NCBI GenBank assembly: GCA_964653725.1
Contig: CAZZHK010000014.1
Location: 10,405 to 74,404 of the forward strand
Reading direction: 5' to 3'
From: an uncultured Planctomycetales bacterium
Lineage (GTDB): Bacteria; Planctomycetota; UBA1135; CAZZHK01
Length of the DNA stretch: 64,000 bases
Made by a program: the position numbers and the translations under genes. This document shows positions 34,524 to 46,321 of the stretch, in pieces. Below the pieces are notes generated by a model, which did no database searches, was not told the origin of the DNA, and worked only from the letters and a program-made list of their open reading frames with translations. Position 1 is the first letter of the stretch, and every line of letters begins with the position of its first letter.

Positions 34524-36487
34524 CGGTTCGCCTCCAGGGCCACCAGGCACGGCTGGATGAAGTGCCACTGCTTCTTCGACTTGACCCAGTCTCTCAATTC
34601 ATCCCGAACGGGTTCCCAGCCCTTGCGGGCAGCCTCGAGGTAGCCGCGGCCCGGCAGCATGCCGTCCGCCAGGACCAGCGCCGGCGGGATCCAGCAGTTG
34701 GTGCCGCGCAGCGACGGTTCACGGAGCACCACGCCCGAGCCGTCAGTCGCCACCGCCTTGTAGAAGCGACTGCTGTCCTCGTCCCAGCCAGGACCGGCAA
34801 TGAAGTCTGCGAACAGTCCTGCCATGCGAGGGATGCGCTGGTCGGCAGGCAGCCATTCGGAGGCCTCGGCCAGCCCGTAGATGACGATGGCGTGCTGCCA
34901 CGGCAGCGTGTAGCGGTGGTCGGGAATCTGGCGTGCGTTGCCCTTGTTGTCGTTCAGCCAGCCCTTGCCGTGGCTCTTCTCGAGGCCGTCCATGTGCTTG
35001 ATCAGGAGTCCCATCGCACGCACATACCCGGCCCCGTCCCCGAGCGAGGCGCAATGGGCGAGAGTCCTGAGCGCCCAGCCGCTGCCGCGGACGCTGCCGG
35101 GCGCCCGGTCGTCCTTCGCGAAATGCCAGGTCAGGAGCGACTCCCCCACCGCCTGGATTTCGCGCTCCATCCAGCGCGATCCTGTGACGGCGTAAAGGGC
35201 CCACAACCGGTCCACGGTCAGGTGCTCGATGTCGTAGCCCGTCCAGCCGTTCCATTCCGCCAGCCATCCCTCAGGCTCGGGACCACGCAGCACGCGCAGG
35301 GCAGGATCAAGACGGTTGCGGCCCAGCTTGTCGTGCGAGCCGTGATGAGGCAGGCCCTCGGCCAGGAAGGCCCGGGGAACCGCATCCGCATCAAGCTCCC
35401 TCATGAGGGGCCGGAGCGCGTGCTGGTAGGTGGTCGGCAGTGCGACCGAGAGGAACGCCGGGTCGCGGGTCTGGGCCCACCGGAGCATGGCCTCGTCGAA
35501 CAGGCCGTTCCGCGGGGAGCCTGTCGTGTGGGTGTTTTTCACTTCGCCCCAGGCCGCATTCCAGCCGGGCTTCCAGGTCTGCCTCAGCCGCTTGATCACC
35601 TGGGAATTTCCGCGTTCCGCGCCGGCCGGCGCCTGGGCATAGGACCCGAACGCGCCGGTGTCGCGCATCTCGCCCGTCGGAACCAGGGTCACCGGGTTCT
35701 CGAGCAGCCGCCGGTCGGTGTCCGTCGGAGGCCGCCGGCCCGCCCACAGCCTCCATGTCTTGGTCTGGCCGTCCCCCAGCAGGCTGGACGCTCCTTCCGG
35801 CAGCAGAACGACCCGGTCCCCGCCATCCTTCTCCACACGCAGACCGTTGTCCCCACGCCAGGCCACGGTCCCATGCCAACCACGTGGGAGCTGCAGGTGC
35901 GCACCACGCACCAGAATCCTTCCCGGAGGATCATGGATGGGATCGTTGCGGAGCGTCACCTCCCCCACCCAGACCTCCTCCGCCATGCGCCGCCAGAACA
36001 CGTCCCACGACAGCAGCGTGGACCCTGGATCCAGAGAGTGCTCCAGCACTCCGACGGCCTTCCAGGTCGACAGCGGTCCCGGCACGGCCGTTCCGGCCGC
36101 GCCCTCCATCCGCTCGTCGTCCGCCGCGATCACGCGCATGTGCAGCGCCGGAGGGCGGCCCTGGTCCAGAAACAGGGCGGGGCCCTCCTCCTCGAGCACC
36201 CTGACCGCCAACCCGCCTCTCATGCGTACCTCTGCCTCCATCGCCCTCAAGCGCAGGAACAGCCACCGCACGGATCCGTCGGGCCAGAGGATTGACGGCT
36301 CTGCCCGGCAGGCCGTTCCGGCCAGCACAATTCCGACGTCCTGGCCCGGATCCAGGACGCCCCTCGCAATCGGCACCCCGCCCTCCGCCACCCATCCCCG
36401 GGGCACCCCCGCAGGCATGGTCACCCGGCCCACCACCTGGACCAGGGAGAACGCGGCCACTGCCACGAAAGGACTCATGAACCCCAT
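34520..36487 (-). CDS. Hypothetical signal-peptide protein (655 aa), family not recognised
   Basis: Amino-acid composition is normal (W/Y/K/H-rich), whereas the antisense ORF is R/P/G-rich. It has a hydrophobic N-terminus (MSPFVAVAAFSLVQVVG). The C-terminal half could be an alpha/alpha-toroid hydrolase or lyase, but that is speculation. Confidence 0.6.
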   Translation of the reverse strand: MGFMSPFVAVAAFSLVQVVGRVTMPAGVPRGWVAEGGVPIARGVLDPGQDVGIVLAGTACRAEPSILWPDGSVRWLFLRLRAMEAEVRMRGGLAVRVLEEEGPALFLDQGRPPALHMRVIAADDERMEGAAGTAVPGPLSTWKAVGVLEHSLDPGSTLLSWDVFWRRMAEEVWVGEVTLRNDPIHDPPGRILVRGAHLQLPRGWHGTVAWRGDNGLRVEKDGGDRVVLLPEGASSLLGDGQTKTWRLWAGRRPPTDTDRRLLENPVTLVPTGEMRDTGAFGSYAQAPAGAERGNSQVIKRLRQTWKPGWNAAWGEVKNTHTTGSPRNGLFDEAMLRWAQTRDPAFLSVALPTTYQHALRPLMRELDADAVPRAFLAEGLPHHGSHDKLGRNRLDPALRVLRGPEPEGWLAEWNGWTGYDIEHLTVDRLWALYAVTGSRWMEREIQAVGESLLTWHFAKDDRAPGSVRGSGWALRTLAHCASLGDGAGYVRAMGLLIKHMDGLEKSHGKGWLNDNKGNARQIPDHRYTLPWQHAIVIYGLAEASEWLPADQRIPRMAGLFADFIAGPGWDEDSSRFYKAVATDGSGVVLREPSLRGTNCWIPPALVLADGMLPGRGYLEAARKGWEPVRDELRDWVKSKKQWHFIQPCLVALEANR

Positions 36488-36525
36488 TCTGGGTCGTGCG
36501 CTCCCGTCCGACTAGCATCCAGACC

Positions 36526-37083
36526 ATGTGGGAATCCGTCTTGAGTGCGCTCACCGAAATCGGGGGATGGGACCTGCTGGGAATCTTCCTGTGCGCCTTC
36601 TTCGCGATCCTCGGGCTCATTCGTGGATTCGTTTGGCAGGCGGGCCGCCTGGTGGCCCTTTGGTGCGCGATCCTTGCGGCCCAGGTCCTGGCACCCCTTG
36701 GCGCCGTGTCCCTCCAGGCGGTCCTTTCCGGCGTCCCCGATCAAGTCGCAGACGGCAGCGCCTATGTCGTCGTGTTCTGCGGCGTCCTGTTCGCCGTGTC
36801 CCTGGCAACCCGGCTGGCGCGCAAACTGGTCCGATCCTCCCCCCTGTCGATGGCCGACCGGGTCCTGGGCCTGGCCCTGGGACTGCTCACGGGATTCTGC
36901 ATCCACGCCGTGGTGATCCTGGTCATGACCGCCTTTTTCAGCGAAACACTCGGCGCGGGACTCGCTCGGTCCCATACCGTCGCCTGGACAAGGGCCGCCA
37001 CCGAGGCGATCGCGCCGATGGCGACCCAGACCCTGCGCGAGCACCTCGGCACTGTGCTCGACGCCCTGCCCCACGGCCGCTAG
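36526..37083 (+). CDS. cvpA: CvpA-family membrane protein
   Basis: The sequence WDLLGIFLCAFFAILGLIRGFVWQAGRLVALW... and four hydrophobic helices of the right size are typical of CvpA. I chose the ATG at 36526. Confidence 0.7.
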   Translation: MWESVLSALTEIGGWDLLGIFLCAFFAILGLIRGFVWQAGRLVALWCAILAAQVLAPLGAVSLQAVLSGVPDQVADGSAYVVVFCGVLFAVSLATRLARKLVRSSPLSMADRVLGLALGLLTGFCIHAVVILVMTAFFSETLGAGLARSHTVAWTRAATEAIAPMATQTLREHLGTVLDALPHGR

Positions 37084-39092
37084 CCGCCCAGGCGGGCCAG
37101 CAGTTCGCGCCAGCGCACGTTCCCCGGGTCCAGGCTCACCGCCATGCGGGCCTCCTGGCGCGCCCGCTCCTGGTCGCTGCCCTCCAGCCCCATCGCCAGG
37201 GCCGCCCGGTAGGCCGGCTCGGTGCCGTCCCAGGCGACTTCGCGCTCCATGAAAGCGACGCAGTCCGTGCGCCGCCCCTGCAGCACAAGGGCTCTCGCCA
37301 GGGCCAGGACCGCCTCGGGATCATGGGCTTGGCGCTCCAGGACAGCGCGGGCCGCCGCCTCGGCACCGGGCCCGTCTGCCAGCGACAGATGCGCCCTGAG
37401 CAGCAGCCGCTGCGCGAGACCGTCGCCGGCCGCCGCAGGGCCGGCCAATTCGTCGACTGCGTCGCCGTAGGTGGCCTGCATCGTCGGCGTCCGCGGATCG
37501 ATCGGAGGACAAGACACACGGGGGACATAGCGCTCCGGATCGAAGCGCGGACTGTGGTCCTTGTTGTGGCAGCGGACGCAGTCCATTCCCACGGAGGGTC
37601 CGACAATCGTTCCCGGATCCAGGTGCGCGGCAGCGGAGGCGATATGGGTGGATCCCGGGCCGTGGCACACCTCGCAGGAGACGTTTCGGTAGCGGCCCGG
37701 TTCGGCGGGCATCGCGAACCCACCTGGCTGCCGCCATCCGGTGACGTGGCAGCGGAAGCAGTCCACGTCCATTTCCTGACGGGTCGCCTCCAGCGTCGCA
37801 TAGGCCCTGGCGTGGCTGGTCTGTTGCCAGAACGCCGCCTGCTCCACATGGCAAGCCTCGCACGATCCGGGTCCACGAAAGGCCGGCGCACCCTCCATTT
37901 CCAGAACCGTCCGATGTTCCGGATCCGACGGCATGGACCGCCACAAGGCCGCGACCTGGTCCCGGTATCGGTCGACGATTCCGGCTGCAGTCGCGCTCTC
38001 CGGCACCCAGGGGTGCATCGAGGGCACACTCACCGCAAAGCGGCCGCCGGTGCCGTCCTCAAGCCCGGTCAGGCGTTCTTGGGCCAATGCCAGCGCGTTG
38101 CGCCGGTGGGCCAGAGTCGTCCGGCTGTCTTCCGCCCCGTCCCCCTCGTAACCGGCCTCATAGGCGGCCAGGGTGACATTCAGGTCGCCGACCCTGTCAC
38201 GGACCTGAGCGATCTCGGAATCGTCGCCCCATGACGCCGGCACCTGACCTCCATCCAGGAACACGTCAATGCGAAGGACCCGCGTCCCCTTCAGTGCACC
38301 TGTGGCAACCAGGGTGCCCCCGACACGGCGCACCGGCGCCGCCGGTTCGCCGTGCGGCGGGGCGATCACGAGGTCGATGCCCTCAACTTCAGCAAGCAGC
38401 TTGTCGACCTGACCCGACGTCATATGGGCCAGCAGCACCACCATGTCCGCCCCATCCGCCCGCAGGGCCGCCGCTTCGCGACGGGCCGCCTCGGCAGCCG
38501 GCTTGACCACCAGACCCCACTCGTCGAACAGGAGTTTGGCGGAGAACACCGTGGACTTGACCTGCTCGGGCCGGTCGAAGCGGATCCCTGTCACGGACGT
38601 AACGCCGATCTTCAGCCCGGCCGCCTGGAGCATCACACGTCGCCCGCCGGGCGCCGAGGCGCCTGATCCGGGAGCGGCCGCCACATTGGCCGACAGCACC
38701 GGGAAGGACCGGTTCGCTGCCCATCGCAGCAGCAAGTCCACGCCCAGCGCCAGGTCGGACTCGCCCAGTGCCATGGCCCGGCAGCCGGCCGCATCCAGGA
38801 AGGCCCCCAGCGCTTCGGCGCGCACCGGCCACTGGATGCGCTCCACCTCGCCGTGGTGGCGGTGCTCGCTGAGCAGGTCCCCCGCATCCAACACCAGGAC
38901 CGGCTGGCCCTCGGCGCGGATCGCCTCCACCGAACCCAGCTGCCTCTTGATGCCGCCGAACTGACCCGTGACGCACCCGCACGGCTCGACGTTGCCGAGC
39001 AGCGAATTGGTGGCGACGATCGTCAGATCAGGCCGCGGCACCTCCTGGGCGCAGGCGGATGCCAGCAGCGCCACGCAAGCCAAGCGCTTCAT
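37080..39092 (-). CDS. Secreted fusion protein: degenerate UshA/5'-nucleotidase-like metallophosphatase fold + tetrahaem c-type cytochrome module + TPR-like tail
   Basis: It has a signal peptide (MKRLACVALLASACA). It is collinear with the UshA motifs, but the metal ligands are replaced (TNSLLGNVEPCGC for TNDxHG; GESDLA for GNHEFD). Four CxxCH motifs are present (CEACH, CFRCH, CEVCH, CVRCH; nt 37566-37862). The C-terminus is a helical repeat. Confidence 0.75.
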   Translation of the reverse strand: MKRLACVALLASACAQEVPRPDLTIVATNSLLGNVEPCGCVTGQFGGIKRQLGSVEAIRAEGQPVLVLDAGDLLSEHRHHGEVERIQWPVRAEALGAFLDAAGCRAMALGESDLALGVDLLLRWAANRSFPVLSANVAAAPGSGASAPGGRRVMLQAAGLKIGVTSVTGIRFDRPEQVKSTVFSAKLLFDEWGLVVKPAAEAARREAAALRADGADMVVLLAHMTSGQVDKLLAEVEGIDLVIAPPHGEPAAPVRRVGGTLVATGALKGTRVLRIDVFLDGGQVPASWGDDSEIAQVRDRVGDLNVTLAAYEAGYEGDGAEDSRTTLAHRRNALALAQERLTGLEDGTGGRFAVSVPSMHPWVPESATAAGIVDRYRDQVAALWRSMPSDPEHRTVLEMEGAPAFRGPGSCEACHVEQAAFWQQTSHARAYATLEATRQEMDVDCFRCHVTGWRQPGGFAMPAEPGRYRNVSCEVCHGPGSTHIASAAAHLDPGTIVGPSVGMDCVRCHNKDHSPRFDPERYVPRVSCPPIDPRTPTMQATYGDAVDELAGPAAAGDGLAQRLLLRAHLSLADGPGAEAAARAVLERQAHDPEAVLALARALVLQGRRTDCVAFMEREVAWDGTEPAYRAALAMGLEGSDQERARQEARMAVSLDPGNVRWRELLARLGG

Positions 39093-42120
<3,028 letters not shown>

Positions 42121-42288
42121 TGCTCCAGTGGCTGTGCATGACTGCACCTTGCGGCCGTCGTCCCCGCATACAGCGGCGGCTCCGCGACGGACTCTCACCG
42201 TCTTCCCGGATGCCGGACGAGGTCCCGGATTGTGAATCGCCCGGAGACAGCCCCCGGACGGACCTCCATGCTAGCCTCGGACAAAGAG

Positions 42289-42375
42289 TGGTACCAGGGG
42301 AGGGACTCGAACCCTCACGCCCTTGCGGGCAACGGATTTTGAATCCGTCGCGTCTGCCGATTCCGCCACCCTGGT
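42289..42375 (-). tRNA. tRNA-Leu (anticodon CAA), type II with long variable arm, CCA encoded
   Basis: I folded the cloverleaf by hand. The acceptor stem is ACCAGGG/CCCUGGU. The anticodon stem ACGGA/UCCGU carries the loop UUCAAAA. The variable arm is UGCCCGCAAGGGCG. The T arm is GAGGG-UUCGAGU-CCCUC, and the 3' end is ACCA. Confidence 0.9.
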
Positions 42376-42389
42376 GCGGGGCCGCCAGT

Positions 42390-43373
42390 CTAGCCCCCCG
42401 CCGCCTCCAGAATCGAAAGGAGCAGGCGTTCGAATGGAATCCCGACGCCCGCCGCCGACTGAGGCAGCAGGGACCGGTCGGTCAGACCGGGAATCGTGTT
42501 GACCTCCAGGAACACGGGCCCCTCCGGACCGACAATGAAATCGGCACGCGACATGCCGCGGAGTTCCATGCCCGCGTGGACGGCAAGGGCCAGACGGCGA
42601 ACCTCTTCGACAACCCGGGGAGCCAGTGACTCCGGAGGACAGAGCTCAACCGCACCGTCCGTTCGGTATTTCTCTTCGGTGGTGAAGAACCCGCCCCGCC
42701 GGGGACGGATCTCCACCGGCATCAGGGCCCGTGGCTGGCCTGGTTCACCCTCCAGGACCCCGCAGGACACCTCCACACCCTCCACAGCCGCCTCCACAAG
42801 CACTCGGTCTCCTTCCGCGAGTGCGGTGTCGATCGCCGCGGAGATCGCCTTTTCATTGGTGGCCAGAGTGACGCCCACGGAGGACCCGGAGCAGACCGGC
42901 TTGACGAACACGGCGCCCAGGCACTCCTTCCGGACATGCGCGACCACCTCGTCGCGTGAGACAGTCCAGGCAGCGCGGTCCACCACGAGGCCCTCAGCAA
43001 CCCGGAGGCCTAGCCCCGTGGCCGCCTTGCGGGCAGACTCCTTGTCGAACGCCCGCCTCGAGGCGGACGGACCGGAACCCGTGTAGTCAATGCCAGCATC
43101 CTCGAGTCTGGCCTGGAGGTCGCCGTTCTCGCCCTCGCCCCCATGCAGGGCGAGAAAGCCGACTGCGCGGTCCGGCCACGCGTCCATCCCCTGGGACTCG
43201 GTCATGGGACCCGATCCGCTGTCCCAGCAGCCGTCCCGGTCGATCACCACCGATGCCGTCTGCAGGCCGGCCGACTCGAGGGCTCGCATGACCGCCGCGC
43301 CCGACAGCAAGGAGACCTGATGCTCGGGCGAGACCCCGCCCATGATCACGACCACGGGCCGGTTTCCGGCCAT
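42390..43373 (-). CDS. ddl: D-alanine--D-alanine ligase
   Basis: Motifs are VVIMGGVSPEHQVSLLSG, LHGGEGENG, an ATP-grasp core (FVKP...GSSVGV) and LEVNTIPGLT. The start shares 1 nt with the upstream stop. Confidence 0.9.
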   Translation of the reverse strand: MAGNRPVVVIMGGVSPEHQVSLLSGAAVMRALESAGLQTASVVIDRDGCWDSGSGPMTESQGMDAWPDRAVGFLALHGGEGENGDLQARLEDAGIDYTGSGPSASRRAFDKESARKAATGLGLRVAEGLVVDRAAWTVSRDEVVAHVRKECLGAVFVKPVCSGSSVGVTLATNEKAISAAIDTALAEGDRVLVEAAVEGVEVSCGVLEGEPGQPRALMPVEIRPRRGGFFTTEEKYRTDGAVELCPPESLAPRVVEEVRRLALAVHAGMELRGMSRADFIVGPEGPVFLEVNTIPGLTDRSLLPQSAAGVGIPFERLLLSILEAAGG

Positions 43374-44785
43374 CAGGTCGCCTCGATCAGGACGCTCCCG
43401 GCGCCAATTTCGGGTGCCCGGCCCACTCCGACGTCCCGCTCCCAGGCCTCCTTGAAGTCCTCCGCGCTGGTTGCATAGAGCGGGCTCACCTCGACAGGCG
43501 GGAACCCGGCCGATCCGTCAGGGGGCACAGGCAGGCCCGCCTTCTCGAGCCAGCGGACATGGCGCGCCGCCAGTGCCGCCCGCACCACGTCCGGGGAATT
43601 CGGACCCTCCGCGTCCTTCAGCGGGCAGAACTCGCGCGACCGATCAATTTCCAGGGTCACTGACCGCTCCGCCCATTGCAGGGCGTCGAACACGAAGGTC
43701 TCGAACTTGACCGCGTCCAGGGCCACGGAGGAGCCCTCTTCATCGAGGCCGTCAACCTGCTTGCGAGCCAGGTGGAGCGGCAGGACCCATGCCTCGTTCT
43801 CAACGACGCGGCGGACAAAGTCGGTCCGGTAGAGATGCATGGCGACATTGCCGGCACGGAAGCGCAGACGGCCCTCCTCGTCGCGGGCTTCTGCCTGCTC
43901 CGAAGGCAGGTCGGAGTACTCGAGGCAGCCGACCTTCCCGTCGATCAGCGCGATCAGCCCGACCTTCTCGTCCGGCTGCTCCTTGGCCACCGCCTTGCTG
44001 GACATCTCCGCACCCTGGCTGTCGTGGAGGCCGAGGAACAACGGATCCAGGGGGTTCACCATTGGGTTGTCGACCTGGAAGTGGAACAGGTGGTCCACGC
44101 CCCTGGCGGACGCGTCGTCCAGGCAGCCTGCGTCGGACAGGGCCTGGAATACGCCCCCATGCCCATTGGCCGCCAGCAGCAGCCGGGACTTAGATTCCAT
44201 GACCAGGCGGCCCTGGGCATCGAGGACCGGCAAGTGGCCCTGGCGAAACAAGGTCACGCCGTCCTGAGACAGACCGAACCAGTCGTTCTCTTCGAAGAAC
44301 TGCTGGGTGGCTTCGTGCGTGTCGGCGCTGGTCATGACATACAACGGCAGCTGCCGCCCCACCCTCCTGGACAGGGCACGAATCCTCAGGCAGTGCCACT
44401 CGAACAGCGAGCGCTGGGACACCGGTCCGATCGGGAACAGTCCCTTGGGCGCGTGATAGCCAAGCCGCGTGCCCGCACCGCCCGCCACCAGGACGAATCC
44501 AAGGCGCCCTTCCTGCTGCAGCCGGCGCCCATGCTCCTCCGCTGCGGCCGCCTCCTTCCTCTGCTCCGTCGACCTCTGCAGCGGAAAGAGCAGGGGCGGC
44601 TCCAGGGCGCCCACCGCCGCCGCACTCGACTCCAATGCGGCGACCAGCGGTGTCAGAAGCGCAGGGGTGACTCCTTCGAGCTGCCGGCCCAGCACCTCGC
44701 GCTCCTCCACCTCGAGCTGATCGACCCACGCCAGAACATGGGCCTGCCCCATCTCCTCGAACCGAAACTCAAGCGGCCGGTCCAT
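43373..44785 (-). CDS. UDPGP-family nucleotide-sugar pyrophosphorylase (eukaryote-type UDP-GlcNAc/UDP-sugar pyrophosphorylase-like)
   Basis: LVAGGAGTRLGYHAPKGLFPIG corresponds to the LAGGQGTRLG...PKG signature. Further matches are MTS..TH..T..FF, ANGHGG, HFQVDNP and CLEYSDL. Confidence 0.8.
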   Translation of the reverse strand: MDRPLEFRFEEMGQAHVLAWVDQLEVEEREVLGRQLEGVTPALLTPLVAALESSAAAVGALEPPLLFPLQRSTEQRKEAAAAEEHGRRLQQEGRLGFVLVAGGAGTRLGYHAPKGLFPIGPVSQRSLFEWHCLRIRALSRRVGRQLPLYVMTSADTHEATQQFFEENDWFGLSQDGVTLFRQGHLPVLDAQGRLVMESKSRLLLAANGHGGVFQALSDAGCLDDASARGVDHLFHFQVDNPMVNPLDPLFLGLHDSQGAEMSSKAVAKEQPDEKVGLIALIDGKVGCLEYSDLPSEQAEARDEEGRLRFRAGNVAMHLYRTDFVRRVVENEAWVLPLHLARKQVDGLDEEGSSVALDAVKFETFVFDALQWAERSVTLEIDRSREFCPLKDAEGPNSPDVVRAALAARHVRWLEKAGLPVPPDGSAGFPPVEVSPLYATSAEDFKEAWERDVGVGRAPEIGAGSVLIEAT

Positions 44786-44800
44786 GCCTTCTCCCTCCCC

Positions 44801-46036
44801 CTACTTCCCGAACACGAGGCAGACGTTGTGCCCGCCAAAGCCGAGACTGTTGGAGATCGCGTTGCGGACGGTCAGTTCCCTGGGATCGCCGGCGATCACA
44901 TCCACCGGGCATTCCGGGTCGGGCGTCTCGTAGTTCCTGGAGGCGTGACAGACATCCTGGGAAACGGACAGGGCCACGGCAAACGCCTCGATGGCAGCCG
45001 ACGCACCCAGCAGGTGCCCCACCAGCGACTTGGTGGAGGAAACGCCAAGGGCGTCGCACCGGTCCCCAAACACGCGGCGCAGAGCGCGGGATTCGGTCCT
45101 GTCGTTGTAGAGCGTGGAAGTGCCGTGCGCGTTCACGTAGTCAACATCGTCCGTGGCCACCCCGGCATCCGACAATGCCTGTTCGATGGCCCGCGTCGGG
45201 CCGTCGCCGGTCTCCTCGGGGGCGGTGATGTGGAACGCGTCGTCAGTCGAACCGAAGCCCTTCACCTCGCAGTAGATCACCGCTCCCCGGGCCATCGCCC
45301 GCTCCCGCTCCTCGAAGACCAGCACCGCCGCACCTTCGCCCATGACGAATCCGTCACGGTCGGCGTCGAAAGGCCGGCATGCGCGCTCCGGCTCCTCGTT
45401 CCGCGTCGACAGGGCCTTCGCCGCGCAGAACCCGGCCAGTCCCAGCGGAGTAGTCGTGGACTCGGCCCCACCGGTCAGGCAAACCTCGACCTCGCCCCGA
45501 CGCACCGCCTGGAGCGCCATTCCCATCGCATGGCCGGACGCGGCGCACGCGGAACAGGTCACGAAGTTGGTGCCGCGAAGACCGTGGCGAATGGCCACCT
45601 GGCCGGACACTGCGTTGCTCATGATCCGCGGGATGAAATGGGGACTCACCCTCCGAGGGCCACGCTCCAGCAGCACCGTGTGCTGGTCCTCCAGCCCCAC
45701 CATCCCGCCGATGCCGCTGCCCATGATGCAGCCGAATCGGTCCCGGTCCTCCGCCTCCAGGTCCAGGCCGCTGTCCTCCATCGCGCCGTCCGACGCGATC
45801 AGCCCGTACATGGTGAAGGGGTCCAGCTTGCGCTGCAGATTCCCGGGAAAATGCTCGTCCTTGTCCAGGCACGTGACCTCGCCTGCGATGCGTGTCGAGT
45901 GGCCCGACGCGTCGAACCGCTCGATGGGCACAATCCCGTTCCGGCCATCCAGCATTCCCTGCCAGATGGCATCTTTCTCCATGCCGAGGGCGCACACCGC
46001 CCCCAGCCCCGTCACGACGACGCGTCGATCGGTCAC
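44801..46036 (-). CDS. fabF: Beta-ketoacyl-ACP synthase II
   Basis: Motifs are RRVVVTGLG, the active-site region TCSACAASGHA, NAHGTST..ND and SLGFGGHN. The GTG start at 46036 lies 13 nt after the acpP stop. Confidence 0.9.
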   Translation of the reverse strand: MTDRRVVVTGLGAVCALGMEKDAIWQGMLDGRNGIVPIERFDASGHSTRIAGEVTCLDKDEHFPGNLQRKLDPFTMYGLIASDGAMEDSGLDLEAEDRDRFGCIMGSGIGGMVGLEDQHTVLLERGPRRVSPHFIPRIMSNAVSGQVAIRHGLRGTNFVTCSACAASGHAMGMALQAVRRGEVEVCLTGGAESTTTPLGLAGFCAAKALSTRNEEPERACRPFDADRDGFVMGEGAAVLVFEERERAMARGAVIYCEVKGFGSTDDAFHITAPEETGDGPTRAIEQALSDAGVATDDVDYVNAHGTSTLYNDRTESRALRRVFGDRCDALGVSSTKSLVGHLLGASAAIEAFAVALSVSQDVCHASRNYETPDPECPVDVIAGDPRELTVRNAISNSLGFGGHNVCLVFGK

Positions 46037-46049
46037 GGGACCTGGGGGC

Positions 46050-46301
46050 CTAGGAAACGTGCTCGGTGATGTAGGAGCAGGCTGCACCCACGGTCTGGAT
46101 GGTCTCGGCGTCCTCGTCCGGGATCGTGATCTCGAACGCGTCTTCCAGTTCCATCACCAACTCGACGGTGTCCAGGGAGTCGGCTCCCAGGTCGTTCACG
46201 AAGGACGTTTCCTGCGTGATCTTGTCCATCGTCGTACCCATCTGGGTGCAGATGATTTCCATCACCCGCTCGTCCAGCGTCTTCTCAGGGACCTCGCTCA
46301 C
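46050..46301 (-). CDS. acpP: Acyl carrier protein
   Basis: It carries the DLGADSLDTVELVMELE phosphopantetheine attachment motif and is 83 aa long. Confidence 0.95.
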   Translation of the reverse strand: MSEVPEKTLDERVMEIICTQMGTTMDKITQETSFVNDLGADSLDTVELVMELEDAFEITIPDEDAETIQTVGAACSYITEHVS

Positions 46302-46321
46302 TTCTCAGATGCCTCCCGGGC

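Noticed and set aside
42121-42288. A ~170-260-bp apparently non-coding stretch downstream of tRNA-Leu, considered as a possible ncRNA.
   Set aside because: I could find no conserved ncRNA core such as tmRNA, RNase P, SRP or 6S. It is most simply the promoter and 5' leader of the propeller gene, whose start codon is itself ambiguous (42027, 42120 or 42198).
43676-46069. A 797-aa plus-strand ORF spanning the region opposite the UDPGP gene and fabF.
   Set aside because: It runs antisense across two clearly recognisable minus-strand genes and their intergenic spacer. It has low-complexity R/G/P/H-rich composition and is a high-GC artefact.
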